From a virus (taxonomy: Duplodnaviria; Caudoviricetes), in the IMG/VR virus record IMGVR_UViG_3300037424_002697, positions 1-56,764 of that record: a stretch of DNA of 56,764 nucleotides; one strand, 5' to 3'. Position numbers and translations under genes: made by a program. Below the pieces are notes generated by a model. That model did not search any database. It saw nothing but the letters and a program-made list of their open reading frames with translations, and was not told where the DNA came from. How positions within the stretch are numbered: position 1 is the first letter of the stretch; every line of letters begins with the position of its first letter. Positions 27,113-36,728 of this stretch are shown here, piece after piece.

Positions 27113-28759
27113 ATGAAGCTAAACCTGAAAATTGAGTGGATTCGCAAGCTCAAAAACAAAGCGTTTGTCGAGGACCACAGGTGGGGTGCGCCTGATCACT
27201 GGCGGGCTGTGGACATTGAAGCACTGGAGGAATCTGATCTCGACCAGTTGCTCGATTTGATGGAGAAGTACAAAGATGTGCGTGGGTCGCTGGCGGTGAA
27301 ACAGAAGATCATCACCTACCGCAAGCTGCTCACAGATGCCAAGGGTGTTAAGATCACGCGTTTAGAGCCGCTGGTCATGGCCATCAAGAAGCTTTTGGAG
27401 CCAACACCGCACAAGTGGCTGTTCAGTGAGAGCGAAGACGGTTTCCTGCTGCCGTGGTACGTTTACAACGTTGAATACAGCCCGCCCAACGAACGCAACG
27501 GCAGCCCGGCGTGCACGGATGTCAGCCTTGCCGCAACTAATCGCGGAATCAAAGCCACTACGGATTTACACTTCCATGTCACTGATCTCGGCGATAACGC
27601 CAACGAGCTGCTGCGCAAGCGCGGTTATTTTGTGGAGACGCCGGAAGTTGTGGAGGAATATACCAAGGAAAACCTGCGTTATCAGGCGATCTGCGGTTTA
27701 ACCGGAGAACAGTTTCATGCGGTCGGCGAAGGCTTTGACCGTAATGAATACTGGTCTTCCAACACGGTGTCGATGGAACGTGACGGCATTCCTGCGCAGG
27801 TGGTCATGGATGATGTGTCTGACGACGGCCAGCAGCGCGAGCATGAGAACCGCGAGCACATTACTTCCAAGTTTTGGACGGAAAACAAAAAGGCGCGGGA
27901 TGACGGCGGCGAGGCTGACGAGAACAGCGTGATCGATCTGCCCCTTCAGCCTTACGTCAAGGTGTTTGACCTCACCAAGCACTGTTTTGTCATTATGCAT
28001 GTTGCCAATCTGACGGAATATGTTTACGACCCGACGCTGATTGACAAGCTGGTGCTGCCGGAGGAACGCAAGGAACTGGTGTCCATTCTCGTGACCGGGG
28101 CTGATCTGGCGCTCGATGATATTGTAAAAGGAAAGACGGGCGGCATTATCGTGATCTGCACCGGGCCGCCGGGCACGGGCAAGACGCTTACCGCCGAAGT
28201 CTTCAGCGAGCAGGTTAAACGCCCGCTCTACTGTGTGCAGTGTTCCCAGCTCGGCACAAATGAGGAAGAACTGGAGAAGGAATTACGCACGGTGCTGAGC
28301 CGAGCCCAACGCTGGAAAGCCATTCTGCTTATCGACGAGGCTGATGTTTACGTTCACACACGCGGCAATGACATCCAGCAGAATGCCATCGTGGGAGTTT
28401 TCCTGCGCGTGCTTGAGTACTATCGGGGCATTTTGTTCATGACCTCCAATCGTGAGACAGTTATCGACGATGCCATCATGAGCCGGGCTACGGCGTGGAT
28501 TCGTTATGATTTGCCGGATGCTGAGCGCCAGCGGGCGATTTGGGCGGTGCTCTCGAACCAGTATAAAGCAGGGCTGGTGGAGGCCGACATTGCCAAGCTG
28601 GTGGCACATGAGCCGTTTATGCAGATCAGTGGTCGCAGCATCAAAAATCTGTTGAAACTTGCCAAGTTGCTTTCAGCCCGTAAACAAAAACCGGTCACGG
28701 TTGAAAGTATTGTTTACGTCAGCCAGTTTCTCGATCTGGAATGTAAAAAGCCCGGTTGA
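27113..28759 (+). CDS. AAA+ ATPase
   Basis: GPPGTGKT, LLIDEAD, FLRVLEYYRGILFMTSNR, DDAIMSR. Confidence 0.9.
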   Translation: MKLNLKIEWIRKLKNKAFVEDHRWGAPDHWRAVDIEALEESDLDQLLDLMEKYKDVRGSLAVKQKIITYRKLLTDAKGVKITRLEPLVMAIKKLLEPTPHKWLFSESEDGFLLPWYVYNVEYSPPNERNGSPACTDVSLAATNRGIKATTDLHFHVTDLGDNANELLRKRGYFVETPEVVEEYTKENLRYQAICGLTGEQFHAVGEGFDRNEYWSSNTVSMERDGIPAQVVMDDVSDDGQQREHENREHITSKFWTENKKARDDGGEADENSVIDLPLQPYVKVFDLTKHCFVIMHVANLTEYVYDPTLIDKLVLPEERKELVSILVTGADLALDDIVKGKTGGIIVICTGPPGTGKTLTAEVFSEQVKRPLYCVQCSQLGTNEEELEKELRTVLSRAQRWKAILLIDEADVYVHTRGNDIQQNAIVGVFLRVLEYYRGILFMTSNRETVIDDAIMSRATAWIRYDLPDAERQRAIWAVLSNQYKAGLVEADIAKLVAHEPFMQISGRSIKNLLKLAKLLSARKQKPVTVESIVYVSQFLDLECKKPG

Positions 28760-28848
28760 CTGTCAGCGTGCGCCGCGAAGCGGAAGGCACGCCCGCGAGG
28801 ATTGGTTCTAAGATTGAGTAAGTCGCGACCTGCGTTTCCAGACGAACG

Positions 28849-29037
28849 ATGAAGACGGACCAAACAAAGATAGTGCGGGTGTGCGTTAATTGCCGGATGT
28901 TCAAGCGCGAAACGCTGACGCCCCTTAAACGAGCAAGGTGTCTAAACTGGGGAACGTGGAAATACGCAGCAGAGGTCGCTTGTTCACATTATGAGCAATG
29001 GGAGAAGGCTAACAACACAGCAGAAGGTAAGCCTTGA
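28849..29037 (+). CDS. Small Cys-rich hypothetical protein
   Basis: CVNC..C..C motif. Confidence 0.5.
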   Translation: MKTDQTKIVRVCVNCRMFKRETLTPLKRARCLNWGTWKYAAEVACSHYEQWEKANNTAEGKP

Positions 29038-29044
29038 ACCACGT

Positions 29045-29389
29045 TTACCAAAACACGGTTGATACGTTACCGTGCGCGAGAACAGGCTGTTCCATGGCCC
29101 ATTTTTGTCCCAGCGTGAGGAAAGGATTAGGCTGTCTGTCGACTTTGGCCAGTTGAAGCCACAAACCAGATTTGGCGTCTGTCACACTGCTCAAAACAAT
29201 GTTACCGGCGTGGAGACTCGAAGCATAAAAACCGGTTTCTGTGACGGGTTGTTTCAATCCTTCCAGCGCCAGTTTGTACATTTGCGCGAGCAGTTGAGCG
29301 TTAATAGCGCTGGTGACGCTGTGATTGCGCACCGCCGATTCCAGCGCCACATGGTGCTGTTTGCCGATATAAGGGTAATGGCCGAACAT
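29045..29389 (-). CDS. Hypothetical protein
   Basis: 114-aa ORF directly after RusA. Confidence 0.55.
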   Translation of the reverse strand: MFGHYPYIGKQHHVALESAVRNHSVTSAINAQLLAQMYKLALEGLKQPVTETGFYASSLHAGNIVLSSVTDAKSGLWLQLAKVDRQPNPFLTLGQKWAMEQPVLAHGNVSTVFW

Positions 29390-29390
29390 A

Positions 29391-29921
29391 TCATTGAGGT
29401 AGAACGGGTTTTTCGTTGAAATGGATCAGAACCTCCGTGCGCTGTTCACCTTCGCAGCACCAGAATTTTCGAGTGCGCCCATCGGCGATCATCGAGTCTT
29501 CCTTAAAGAGCGCGTCACAAATGGCTTTGCCGATGTTATCCCAGTCAGGTTTGGATCGGCACATTTTTCCAGCGTGTTCCGTTTTCTTTTTCTTGCTCCA
29601 TGAGGCAGGCATTGTGATGTGGGCAATCACGTCAACGGCGTAAACGTCGGCTGTGAATACGCGATTGGGCGCGGCTTCTTTGATCCGGTCACAGTAATCA
29701 TGGTAGCGCAGGACGACTGGACGCTGTTTCCAGCGGTCGCGTTGGGTCATCCGAGGTTTGCCCATGGGGTCGCCAATGACGACAAACGAGAGTTGACCCG
29801 GAGCAGAGGCTTCTGGATTATCTTTTGGTTTTTCAGTTGCTTGCTTTTGAGATTTCATGTTTACTAGCAGCAGCTTGTTAACATTCGGATGCTTGAGCAA
29901 CTGTTCCGGCGTCCAACTCAT
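29391..29921 (-). CDS. rusA: RusA-family Holliday junction resolvase
   Basis: GKPRMT..MPASWSKKKK..KPDWDNIGKAICDAL..EDS. Confidence 0.88.
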   Translation of the reverse strand: MSWTPEQLLKHPNVNKLLLVNMKSQKQATEKPKDNPEASAPGQLSFVVIGDPMGKPRMTQRDRWKQRPVVLRYHDYCDRIKEAAPNRVFTADVYAVDVIAHITMPASWSKKKKTEHAGKMCRSKPDWDNIGKAICDALFKEDSMIADGRTRKFWCCEGEQRTEVLIHFNEKPVLPQ

Positions 29922-29951
29922 ACGGAATAAAGAACGTAGTTACTTGAGATT

Positions 29952-31205
29952 ATGGCATACAGCGAAACTGAGATCGCAGTGCTGAAGAATTACCGGATCA
30001 TGAATCCTGACGGCACTTGGCGCACCGTCGATCTTCGGCAGCCCACCCAAGCAGGAGGACAACCACCCGGTCCCGGTCCATTGGTTTCACCCGATGCCGT
30101 GAATCGTTTGCTCAAGGCGGATACCACGCCGGACAAACGCTGGGTGAACTGGATTTTTTTCCAAGCAGGTGGCGGTCAGAAAGCGAAAGAGGCCACGGCG
30201 GATGCTTTGCGCCAGATTCGTGACCGCTTCATCGACGAGCGCACCAATGGCTGGACGCACCCGGAGACGGGTAACTATCAGCCTCCAGTGCCCCGTGAGC
30301 AGGCGGAAGCCCGGTGGGCGGCGGCTGAGCCCAAGTTCCGCGATGTGCTGGCGGTTTGTGATCAGGACGCGGTGAAGCGGCTGCGTACGTTTGGTTTTTT
30401 TCGTGATTGGCCGGGCAACGCGAACATTTACCAGAATGTCGTCGAAGTTGTAACCCGGTACCTGAAATTTTACCCAAAGCTCCAGCAGATGAACAAAGAA
30501 ATGTTGCGAGAAAGCGGTGAACAGCAGCCGGAAACGCCGGATGGTGTTACCACGTGGGAACACATGGGCGAGGTTGCCAAGAAAGTGGAGCGCTATTTTG
30601 CCTCCAAAAAAGCCCGCAGTGACATCCGTGAGGAAACGATTTACGATGATGATGTCATCACGGCTTTGGCTCCGTTGACGTACGCGGCGGCAGTGAAGTA
30701 CGGCTATGATCTCTGGCCGTGGGCAAGCCGCAAAGGTTTTGATCAGGTGCTCTCTGGTGAAACAGGCGACTGGCGTTTTCGCGACGAGTGGAAGGGTCAG
30801 ACCCAGCGCGGCAATACTTTTGTTTACCTGACGTTCAAGGTTCCAGTTCCGGCATGGGTGACTCGCCGCGACGGTAATTGGGAACTCAAGGATTTGACGG
30901 ATCTTGCGCTGGCGCTGAGCAAAGATAACAGCCGGGAAAACACCGGTGCGTGGGTTGTGTTTGATCAGGAGAATCGCAACACTTTGACGATTGATCAGGT
31001 GAAGCAGATGATCATGGCGGAACCCACGCGTGTTGATCCCACGGACGAGGAAAGCCCAATTAAGCGCGGGGCTAATGTTTACAAGGATGAAGTTGAGGCT
31101 GGGCGCGTGGTTGCCAGCCTTGACCGGGCAGTGAAAGCGATCAAAAAGTGGATTTCCAAGTTCGACCCGAAGGCGGTCAAATCGGACGTGTTCACTTTGG
31201 ACTAG
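29952..31205 (+). CDS. Hypothetical large-phage protein, probably late
   Basis: 417 aa; ADTTPDKRWVNWI and IYDDD..APLTYAAAVKYG..W motifs; GTAGTTA 9 nt upstream. Confidence 0.75.
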   Translation: MAYSETEIAVLKNYRIMNPDGTWRTVDLRQPTQAGGQPPGPGPLVSPDAVNRLLKADTTPDKRWVNWIFFQAGGGQKAKEATADALRQIRDRFIDERTNGWTHPETGNYQPPVPREQAEARWAAAEPKFRDVLAVCDQDAVKRLRTFGFFRDWPGNANIYQNVVEVVTRYLKFYPKLQQMNKEMLRESGEQQPETPDGVTTWEHMGEVAKKVERYFASKKARSDIREETIYDDDVITALAPLTYAAAVKYGYDLWPWASRKGFDQVLSGETGDWRFRDEWKGQTQRGNTFVYLTFKVPVPAWVTRRDGNWELKDLTDLALALSKDNSRENTGAWVVFDQENRNTLTIDQVKQMIMAEPTRVDPTDEESPIKRGANVYKDEVEAGRVVASLDRAVKAIKKWISKFDPKAVKSDVFTLD

Positions 31206-31896
31206 CGATTCGGGCAATTCGCTGGACGATGCCACGCAGGGCGTATGCCACGCTGCTGTCGCGCACTTCACTGAGTTTGTCGGTGGCCATTGCCGCGAGC
31301 GCGGCTCCGTAACAGTTGTAGATGTCGAACGGGCTGTAAGCACTTACCAAGGGCACCAAGGAGTGGTATTTTTTGAGCGTGCAGTATTCCGCTGCTGGTC
31401 CCCATGTCATAATGTCCACGCCTACGCTGTCTGGGTAGGCGATGTTATTCGCCAGAAGGGCGTTCATTATGTTGATGAAAACAAGCCGGTCCACACTGCC
31501 ACCGGTACCGGGATAAGTGTCGAGCACGTCTTTGTAGCTTCGGCAGGTCTTGCGCAATTCAGGATCGGCGATTTTCTGTTTCACCGTGGCGATCTGTTCT
31601 TTGGTGGGAGCATCCAGTTTGCCGTTCCAGATGGCTTCGCCACGTTCTCCGGCGCGTTTAAGGACGAAGGTGCCAAACTCGCGCAATACGCGCATGGGCG
31701 CGTCCGGTAAGTTTTGTACTGGCGCGTAGAGATGGATGATGGCGTCGCCGCTGCGGTCCAGTTCAACGCCGCTGTTCAGGTTTTCGGCGTGGCCCTGCCA
31801 CTCGATCAGCCGCCAAAGCGGCAGCAGCAGGTTTTTCAAATCGGATGCCAGAATCGCTTTCTGGCTTTGCTGGACGATGGGTTTGAAGTTGGGCAT
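31192..31896 (-). CDS. Hypothetical protein
   Basis: Start MPNFK 1 nt after the upstream stop. Confidence 0.7.
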   Translation of the reverse strand: MPNFKPIVQQSQKAILASDLKNLLLPLWRLIEWQGHAENLNSGVELDRSGDAIIHLYAPVQNLPDAPMRVLREFGTFVLKRAGERGEAIWNGKLDAPTKEQIATVKQKIADPELRKTCRSYKDVLDTYPGTGGSVDRLVFINIMNALLANNIAYPDSVGVDIMTWGPAAEYCTLKKYHSLVPLVSAYSPFDIYNCYGAALAAMATDKLSEVRDSSVAYALRGIVQRIARIASPK

Positions 31897-31897
31897 A

Positions 31898-33007
31898 TCA
31901 GTCGATTCGGCAGTAAACTGCTCCGTTTTCCAGCGTGTAAGAGTGACCGTCATAGCGGGCGATGAAGTGTGCCCAGCCGTCCGTGCTAACGGCGCTTTTA
32001 GCCGCTGCGTCTATGTCGATACCAGCCATTTCAATGGCATGTTTTTGGGCTTCTTCTTTACCATAAACATCCTCCAGCCATGCCCACGGTTCCCATGACG
32101 GCTTTTCGCGCTCAATGTAAATCTCCATGTGCTGGTCGAGCATTTGAACGCGCAGCCTGTTTTCGATACGCTTGTCTCCGTTCTTTTTGAAAAACACGGG
32201 ATCGTCGTCCTCGACGCAGCCTTCCTCGACCATTTTATCGAGCAATTCCTCGTAGTCTAAGCTGCGCACTTCGTCGTCCCAATCCTCGTAAGGATCACCG
32301 ATGGCGTTGCGCAGTTTTTCTTCGTCTACAAAACCACGGAGCCAGTCTTGCGCGAAAAGTTCTGGTTCGCTTTCGAGATCACTGTGGACCATTTCCAAGG
32401 CGTGGTTTTTTGCCACATCCTCGTCCTTGAAAAACACGTATCCCTTGTCACCAACATCGATTTTGAACTGGGTCGTACTTTCCAGATCGGTCGAGTCATA
32501 GTCGCCCCAGCGATCGTCGATTTCGAGGTCTGTCAGGTCATAGTTTTCATCGTCTGCAAATTGTCGCAGGGTAACGTCCACCCAGTTGCCCAAAAGCAGG
32601 CGCTCGATCTCGCTTTTGGTATCCATGGGCTCTGTGGGCTCGTCTTCCGGTGGTAGTGGTACTCCTTTGTTTTCAGGTGGGGAATCGAAAGGATCGAAAA
32701 GTTCGAGGGCTTCTCCCACGAGCTTGGCCATTTCTTTGGGCTTGTGCTCTGGGTCGTGGATTACGTCCTGAATTTCATCCTTCAGTCTGTTGATCGCGTC
32801 GAGGTTGCAAACATCGCACAGTTTTTTGGAGTGCGCGTCCCGCATGGATCTGAAATCACCGTGAACCAGTCCGCACTTCGGGCACTTCACGTAGTACTGA
32901 ATTTCACGCGGGTAGTTGGACAGGTTGGCGTAAACGCCCCGTGCGGTGGCCCAGCCCGACGGGGCTACGTCTTCAACCACAAGCTGAATAGCTTCGCGAG
33001 CATTCAT
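31898..33007 (-). CDS. Acidic protein with zinc ribbon, candidate internal head protein
   Basis: MNAREAIQLVVE; CPKC..CDVC; very D/E-rich; C-terminal DGWAHFIARYDG. Confidence 0.75.
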   Translation of the reverse strand: MNAREAIQLVVEDVAPSGWATARGVYANLSNYPREIQYYVKCPKCGLVHGDFRSMRDAHSKKLCDVCNLDAINRLKDEIQDVIHDPEHKPKEMAKLVGEALELFDPFDSPPENKGVPLPPEDEPTEPMDTKSEIERLLLGNWVDVTLRQFADDENYDLTDLEIDDRWGDYDSTDLESTTQFKIDVGDKGYVFFKDEDVAKNHALEMVHSDLESEPELFAQDWLRGFVDEEKLRNAIGDPYEDWDDEVRSLDYEELLDKMVEEGCVEDDDPVFFKKNGDKRIENRLRVQMLDQHMEIYIEREKPSWEPWAWLEDVYGKEEAQKHAIEMAGIDIDAAAKSAVSTDGWAHFIARYDGHSYTLENGAVYCRID

Positions 33008-33624
33008 CGTGTCCGCTTTTTGCGCTGTTTTACGTGCACAATAGCCTGTTTAGTTTGCAGTGAACCGTCAGGGAAAATTGTATCCCCATCATCGTACGGA
33101 ATGCGTATATTGTCTTCGTAATTGCCGCGTTTGGTGGCGTTGTTGTACCAGAACCAATTGTCCTGCTTTTTGTAGATGTGCCAGCCACTCGACAAATGCC
33201 CTTCAATGCGATCCATTGTGGTTCTGCCGGGAGAATTGCGCCAACCCTCCGCCCATTTGCCGCCGCCGGGTCGCCAGCCACCGCTGTCTACAACGATCCT
33301 GCCGTCAGGATAGGCTGTGACGACATCTGTTTGGTGAAGCCGAACAGCGAGGCGATCTCCGTGATCGAGGACGTAGGTGTTGTTCTCGATTTTTCGGCGC
33401 GGACGGCCCCCTAGCCGGTTTTGCAGTTTCTGGTACAGGTCGGTTGGACCGCTGCCGGGAATGCGAAAAGGAGTTTCCGCATACCGCATGATTTCAGATT
33501 TTGGATCAAGCAGTTCATCCGCGTTAAAATCCAGTCCCATTTGGCGAGGATCGTCCGGTTGAGGCACCGGCTGTTCGTCGTCAATGAGTAGCCGACAGAT
33601 GGCATGCGCATTAAGCATTGGCAC
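33004..33624 (-). CDS. Hypothetical protein, candidate internal head protein
   Basis: LNAHAICRLLIDDE N-terminus; KIENNTY..VRLHQTDVV..SGGW domain. Confidence 0.7.
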   Translation of the reverse strand: MPMLNAHAICRLLIDDEQPVPQPDDPRQMGLDFNADELLDPKSEIMRYAETPFRIPGSGPTDLYQKLQNRLGGRPRRKIENNTYVLDHGDRLAVRLHQTDVVTAYPDGRIVVDSGGWRPGGGKWAEGWRNSPGRTTMDRIEGHLSSGWHIYKKQDNWFWYNNATKRGNYEDNIRIPYDDGDTIFPDGSLQTKQAIVHVKQRKKRTR

Positions 33625-34207
33625 CGGGTTTTTCGCTGGTTACCAAGAATTCTCCCGGCCCATAGGCGCGATCATTGGGTGGGCGCTCTCCGCGCCAGCG
33701 CAGCCGGACGCGCCCGTCAGGCTCGAAGCCAGATATTTCGCCTTGATACGTCACATTGTCCTGCTCAACCATGACCGGATCGCCTGCGCGATACTGGCGC
33801 TGGCCCGGTGAAACCTGTTCAGTCGGCGTTGGGTCTGGAGTGCGCGTCATGGGCGTTGGCTGGGTTGAGCTGGTGGGAGCGCCGGGGCGCGAGACGCCAA
33901 AGCCTGCGAAGGCTTCGCGCATGGAAGTCGGCATCACAGAGAGTTGATTTGTTTCAGATCCAACCGTGCAGCCACAGTCGGTTTTGCCACAGTTTCCACA
34001 ACGGCAGGCGCTTTCAAGCTCGACCATTTTGCCGCCGTTGATGTTGAGGGTCAGAAAACCGGTGTCTTGATCTGGCACTATCCACCGGTTTTGAAGGGCT
34101 TCCTGCATTCCGTCGCTGCCGATTAAATTCAGCAGTTCGCCGGTCGTCATGACTGGATTGGGCCGGAATCGGCGTTCGTGAAGTTTGCGTGCGACGATGA
34201 TATTCAT
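33611..34207 (-). CDS. Hypothetical protein with possible C-terminal SH3/KOW-like domain
   Basis: Start MNIIVARKLHE; YRAGDPVMV..YQGEI..GRVRLRW. Confidence 0.65.
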   Translation of the reverse strand: MNIIVARKLHERRFRPNPVMTTGELLNLIGSDGMQEALQNRWIVPDQDTGFLTLNINGGKMVELESACRCGNCGKTDCGCTVGSETNQLSVMPTSMREAFAGFGVSRPGAPTSSTQPTPMTRTPDPTPTEQVSPGQRQYRAGDPVMVEQDNVTYQGEISGFEPDGRVRLRWRGERPPNDRAYGPGEFLVTSEKPGANA

Positions 34208-34229
34208 GTTTGTGGTGACGTGATTATGG

Positions 34230-34934
34230 TTACGCGAGGCCCAGCCGACCTCCGGGCATTTCTTCCGGGTCAGGGGTGTCGAGGTCTGTGTCATCCGGTG
34301 CCGGAGCGCCCGGTTCCGCGCCGGGGGCTTCTTCTTCGCCGGGAATAGGTTCTTCTCCGGGTAGTGGTTCTCCGCCCGGTCCTACGCCTTCTTCTCCGGG
34401 TAGTGGTTCTCCGCCCGGTCCTCCAGCGCCACCCATGCCGCCTTCGGCACCGGCTAAGGCACCCGCTTCGCCATCTTCTCCCTCCGGGCCGAAGCTGGGA
34501 GACATTGGCGGAGCGCCGCCGCCTCCGCCTCCGCCCGCGAAGGGCTCATTGCCGGGTTCTTCCGTGCCACGCGGCAGTTGTTCTTCGGAAGCGATCAAGA
34601 CCCTCAGTTGATCTTTGAGGCTGCGGAAATAGGTGTTGAGGTTCCATTGATCGACCGAAAGGATGTCCGCTGCTGATTTCAGAATTTCTAGCGTCTCACG
34701 GTTGATGCTGCCGGTGATTTCGTTGGATCGCCAGATTTTCAGGAATTCCCGAAGTTTGTCGGCATAGGCGTAATTGCGGCCTTTTTCAGCGTCACTAAGC
34801 AGGTTGACGATTTGTCCTTCGATGTTGCCTTGCCACTTCACAATGGAGGTACCGGCGAATGACTCAAAGATTTCTGGGCGGCGGGTGCTCAGGTCGAGAA
34901 AGCCCATGCTTTCGTAGTCGTGGTACATGTTCAT
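34230..34934 (-). CDS. Hypothetical protein with Gly/Pro/Glu low-complexity tail
   Basis: GPGGEPLPGEE twice (34-bp repeat at 34350-34383 and 34389-34422). Confidence 0.7.
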   Translation of the reverse strand: MNMYHDYESMGFLDLSTRRPEIFESFAGTSIVKWQGNIEGQIVNLLSDAEKGRNYAYADKLREFLKIWRSNEITGSINRETLEILKSAADILSVDQWNLNTYFRSLKDQLRVLIASEEQLPRGTEEPGNEPFAGGGGGGGAPPMSPSFGPEGEDGEAGALAGAEGGMGGAGGPGGEPLPGEEGVGPGGEPLPGEEPIPGEEEAPGAEPGAPAPDDTDLDTPDPEEMPGGRLGLA

Positions 34935-35362
34935 GGCATTAAATCGGACGGGTTGACCACAGGCTTTGGCTTGACCTTTACTTTTTGCGGTTTTGGTTTC
35001 AGTGGCAGCGGTTGAGCTGACCAGTCAGCCGCATCATTTTGGGTGATGTAAAAGCACTCTTTGAACCCGTATTTCACCGGGATGCGAAACTCACCGGGCC
35101 GCGTCTTCCACGTCTTGGTTTGACCGTTGCGGCGTACTTCAATCGGGCGCACGCCATCCGCGTACGTAAGTTTACGGTGATAGAAGTGCTGCGCTGTCAG
35201 CGCGGTGTTGGGTGTCAGTTTGCCTTCCCGTTTTTCACGTTCCAGCTCGTCGGCGTGGTGCGCGATGAAATCTTCAGGATTAACATCGTCTTGTTCGATG
35301 TTTACATCCGTCGGTTCATCTGTCTCCAACAGCGCACTAACGATTTGGCTTGCCTTGCTCAT
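34931..35362 (-). CDS. Hypothetical protein, candidate internal head protein
   Basis: MSKASQIVSALLE; RRNGQTKTWKTRPGEFRIPVKYG domain. Confidence 0.7.
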   Translation of the reverse strand: MSKASQIVSALLETDEPTDVNIEQDDVNPEDFIAHHADELEREKREGKLTPNTALTAQHFYHRKLTYADGVRPIEVRRNGQTKTWKTRPGEFRIPVKYGFKECFYITQNDAADWSAQPLPLKPKPQKVKVKPKPVVNPSDLMP

Positions 35363-36110
35363 CTTCACCACGTCGTTTACGGAGTGCCTGCAAGCGCTTG
35401 CGATAATCTGGTTTGCGGGCAGGCACGCCCATCGGCGCTTCGACAGCGGGAATGGCTGAAGTTCCGGTCATCTCTTGAAGATTGTCTTCGTCCAACATTC
35501 TTCGAGCCAAAGTTTTGGCCGTAACGCCCTCGTTCTTAGCTCCCTTTGGCGTGCCCTTGGGTTTGTCACCGTCCTTGGCTTTGTTAACACCTTTCTGGTT
35601 GTCGTCACTGGGTTTGATGTCCGTTTGAACTGGGTTGAGTTCGTCATCACGGTCAAGCGGCGTGGTCGCGAATTTCTGGGCACCCTTGATGATTTTTTCC
35701 AGTGATTCTGCGTCCTGCGTGTTGTCTGGCATTCCCAGCATGTTCAGCTCGATAAACCCGATTTTGAAGTCTGGCGGCTCGTTACTCATGGCTTGGTCAC
35801 CGCACTTGGCGGCCACCCAGCCCAGTTCAGCCAACTTATGCATGTTGTCGGGATCGGCCAGCAGCGCCAGATGTTCGCGATGTTCATCCTCGTCTTCACA
35901 ATGGATTTCGCACCACTGCGGGCCTTCTTTGACCTCGTTTGTGATGCCGATTTCCTTGAGCGCGGCGGCCAATGGCTTTTTGTTGGCGACCATCTGTTCG
36001 GTTTCAGCCTGATCGGCTTCTTCAAACAGCTTCACCACGTCTTCGCCGAGCGTTTGGCTCGATTCGCGTACCGCTGGGCCGAATAAAAATTCAAGCAGGT
36101 TCTTACGCAT
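35337..36110 (-). CDS. Charged hypothetical protein, candidate head core/scaffold protein
   Basis: GTAGTTA 9 nt upstream; several L-x-E sites. Confidence 0.7.
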   Translation of the reverse strand: MRKNLLEFLFGPAVRESSQTLGEDVVKLFEEADQAETEQMVANKKPLAAALKEIGITNEVKEGPQWCEIHCEDEDEHREHLALLADPDNMHKLAELGWVAAKCGDQAMSNEPPDFKIGFIELNMLGMPDNTQDAESLEKIIKGAQKFATTPLDRDDELNPVQTDIKPSDDNQKGVNKAKDGDKPKGTPKGAKNEGVTAKTLARRMLDEDNLQEMTGTSAIPAVEAPMGVPARKPDYRKRLQALRKRRGEDEQGKPNR

Positions 36111-36147
36111 AGTCCGACCTAACTACGCGGCTCGCCCGTGTCAGTTA

Positions 36148-36726
36148 TCAGATCGACAAGGCGGCCTGTTGACGCTCTGTTTTGAACAGGTGCTCGACGA
36201 TAATCTGTGACCATTTTTCCATCGTGGCCGTGTGCTGGAGAAGTTCAGCGGCGCTGACCCAGCGAGCATCGTGCAGCAAGCCTTCTGGAGACATAAAGTC
36301 GGTGTAGAGGGTTTCCGCTTTACCGAAGACGCACACATGCACGTCATCAACCGGGCTGCCATTCGTGAGCATGAAGCCAGTCAGTTCCAGCTTGGTCAGT
36401 GGCAGTCCGAGTTCTTCTGTGCATTCCTTGAGCGCCGTGTAGTAAACGGAATGGCCCTGTTCGACGTGGCCTCCGGCACCGATGTAGTGCTTGCCCAGTA
36501 GCCGCGCTTCGCCCTGTCCTTTGCAACGCTGCATGAGGCAATAGCCTCGTGGCGATTTGACGAGCACGTAAGGGATGATCTGTCGCCAACCGGAATCAGT
36601 TTCGAGCGGTTCGCGTTCCAGATATTCGTGGTTGTTGAGTATCTGGGATACCGCGTCGGTAAAGTCGTGGAGGATGTTCAACGCGAAGCCGGACAGATAC
36701 TCGTTGCGGATGGCCATGATTTGCAT
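36148..36726 (-). CDS. NUDIX-superfamily phosphoesterase (YmaB/COG4112-like)
   Basis: RQIIPYVLV..GEARL..IGAGGHV..ALKECTEELG; start 7 nt after GTTCTA. Confidence 0.82.
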   Translation of the reverse strand: MQIMAIRNEYLSGFALNILHDFTDAVSQILNNHEYLEREPLETDSGWRQIIPYVLVKSPRGYCLMQRCKGQGEARLLGKHYIGAGGHVEQGHSVYYTALKECTEELGLPLTKLELTGFMLTNGSPVDDVHVCVFGKAETLYTDFMSPEGLLHDARWVSAAELLQHTATMEKWSQIIVEHLFKTERQQAALSI

Positions 36727-36728
36727 AC

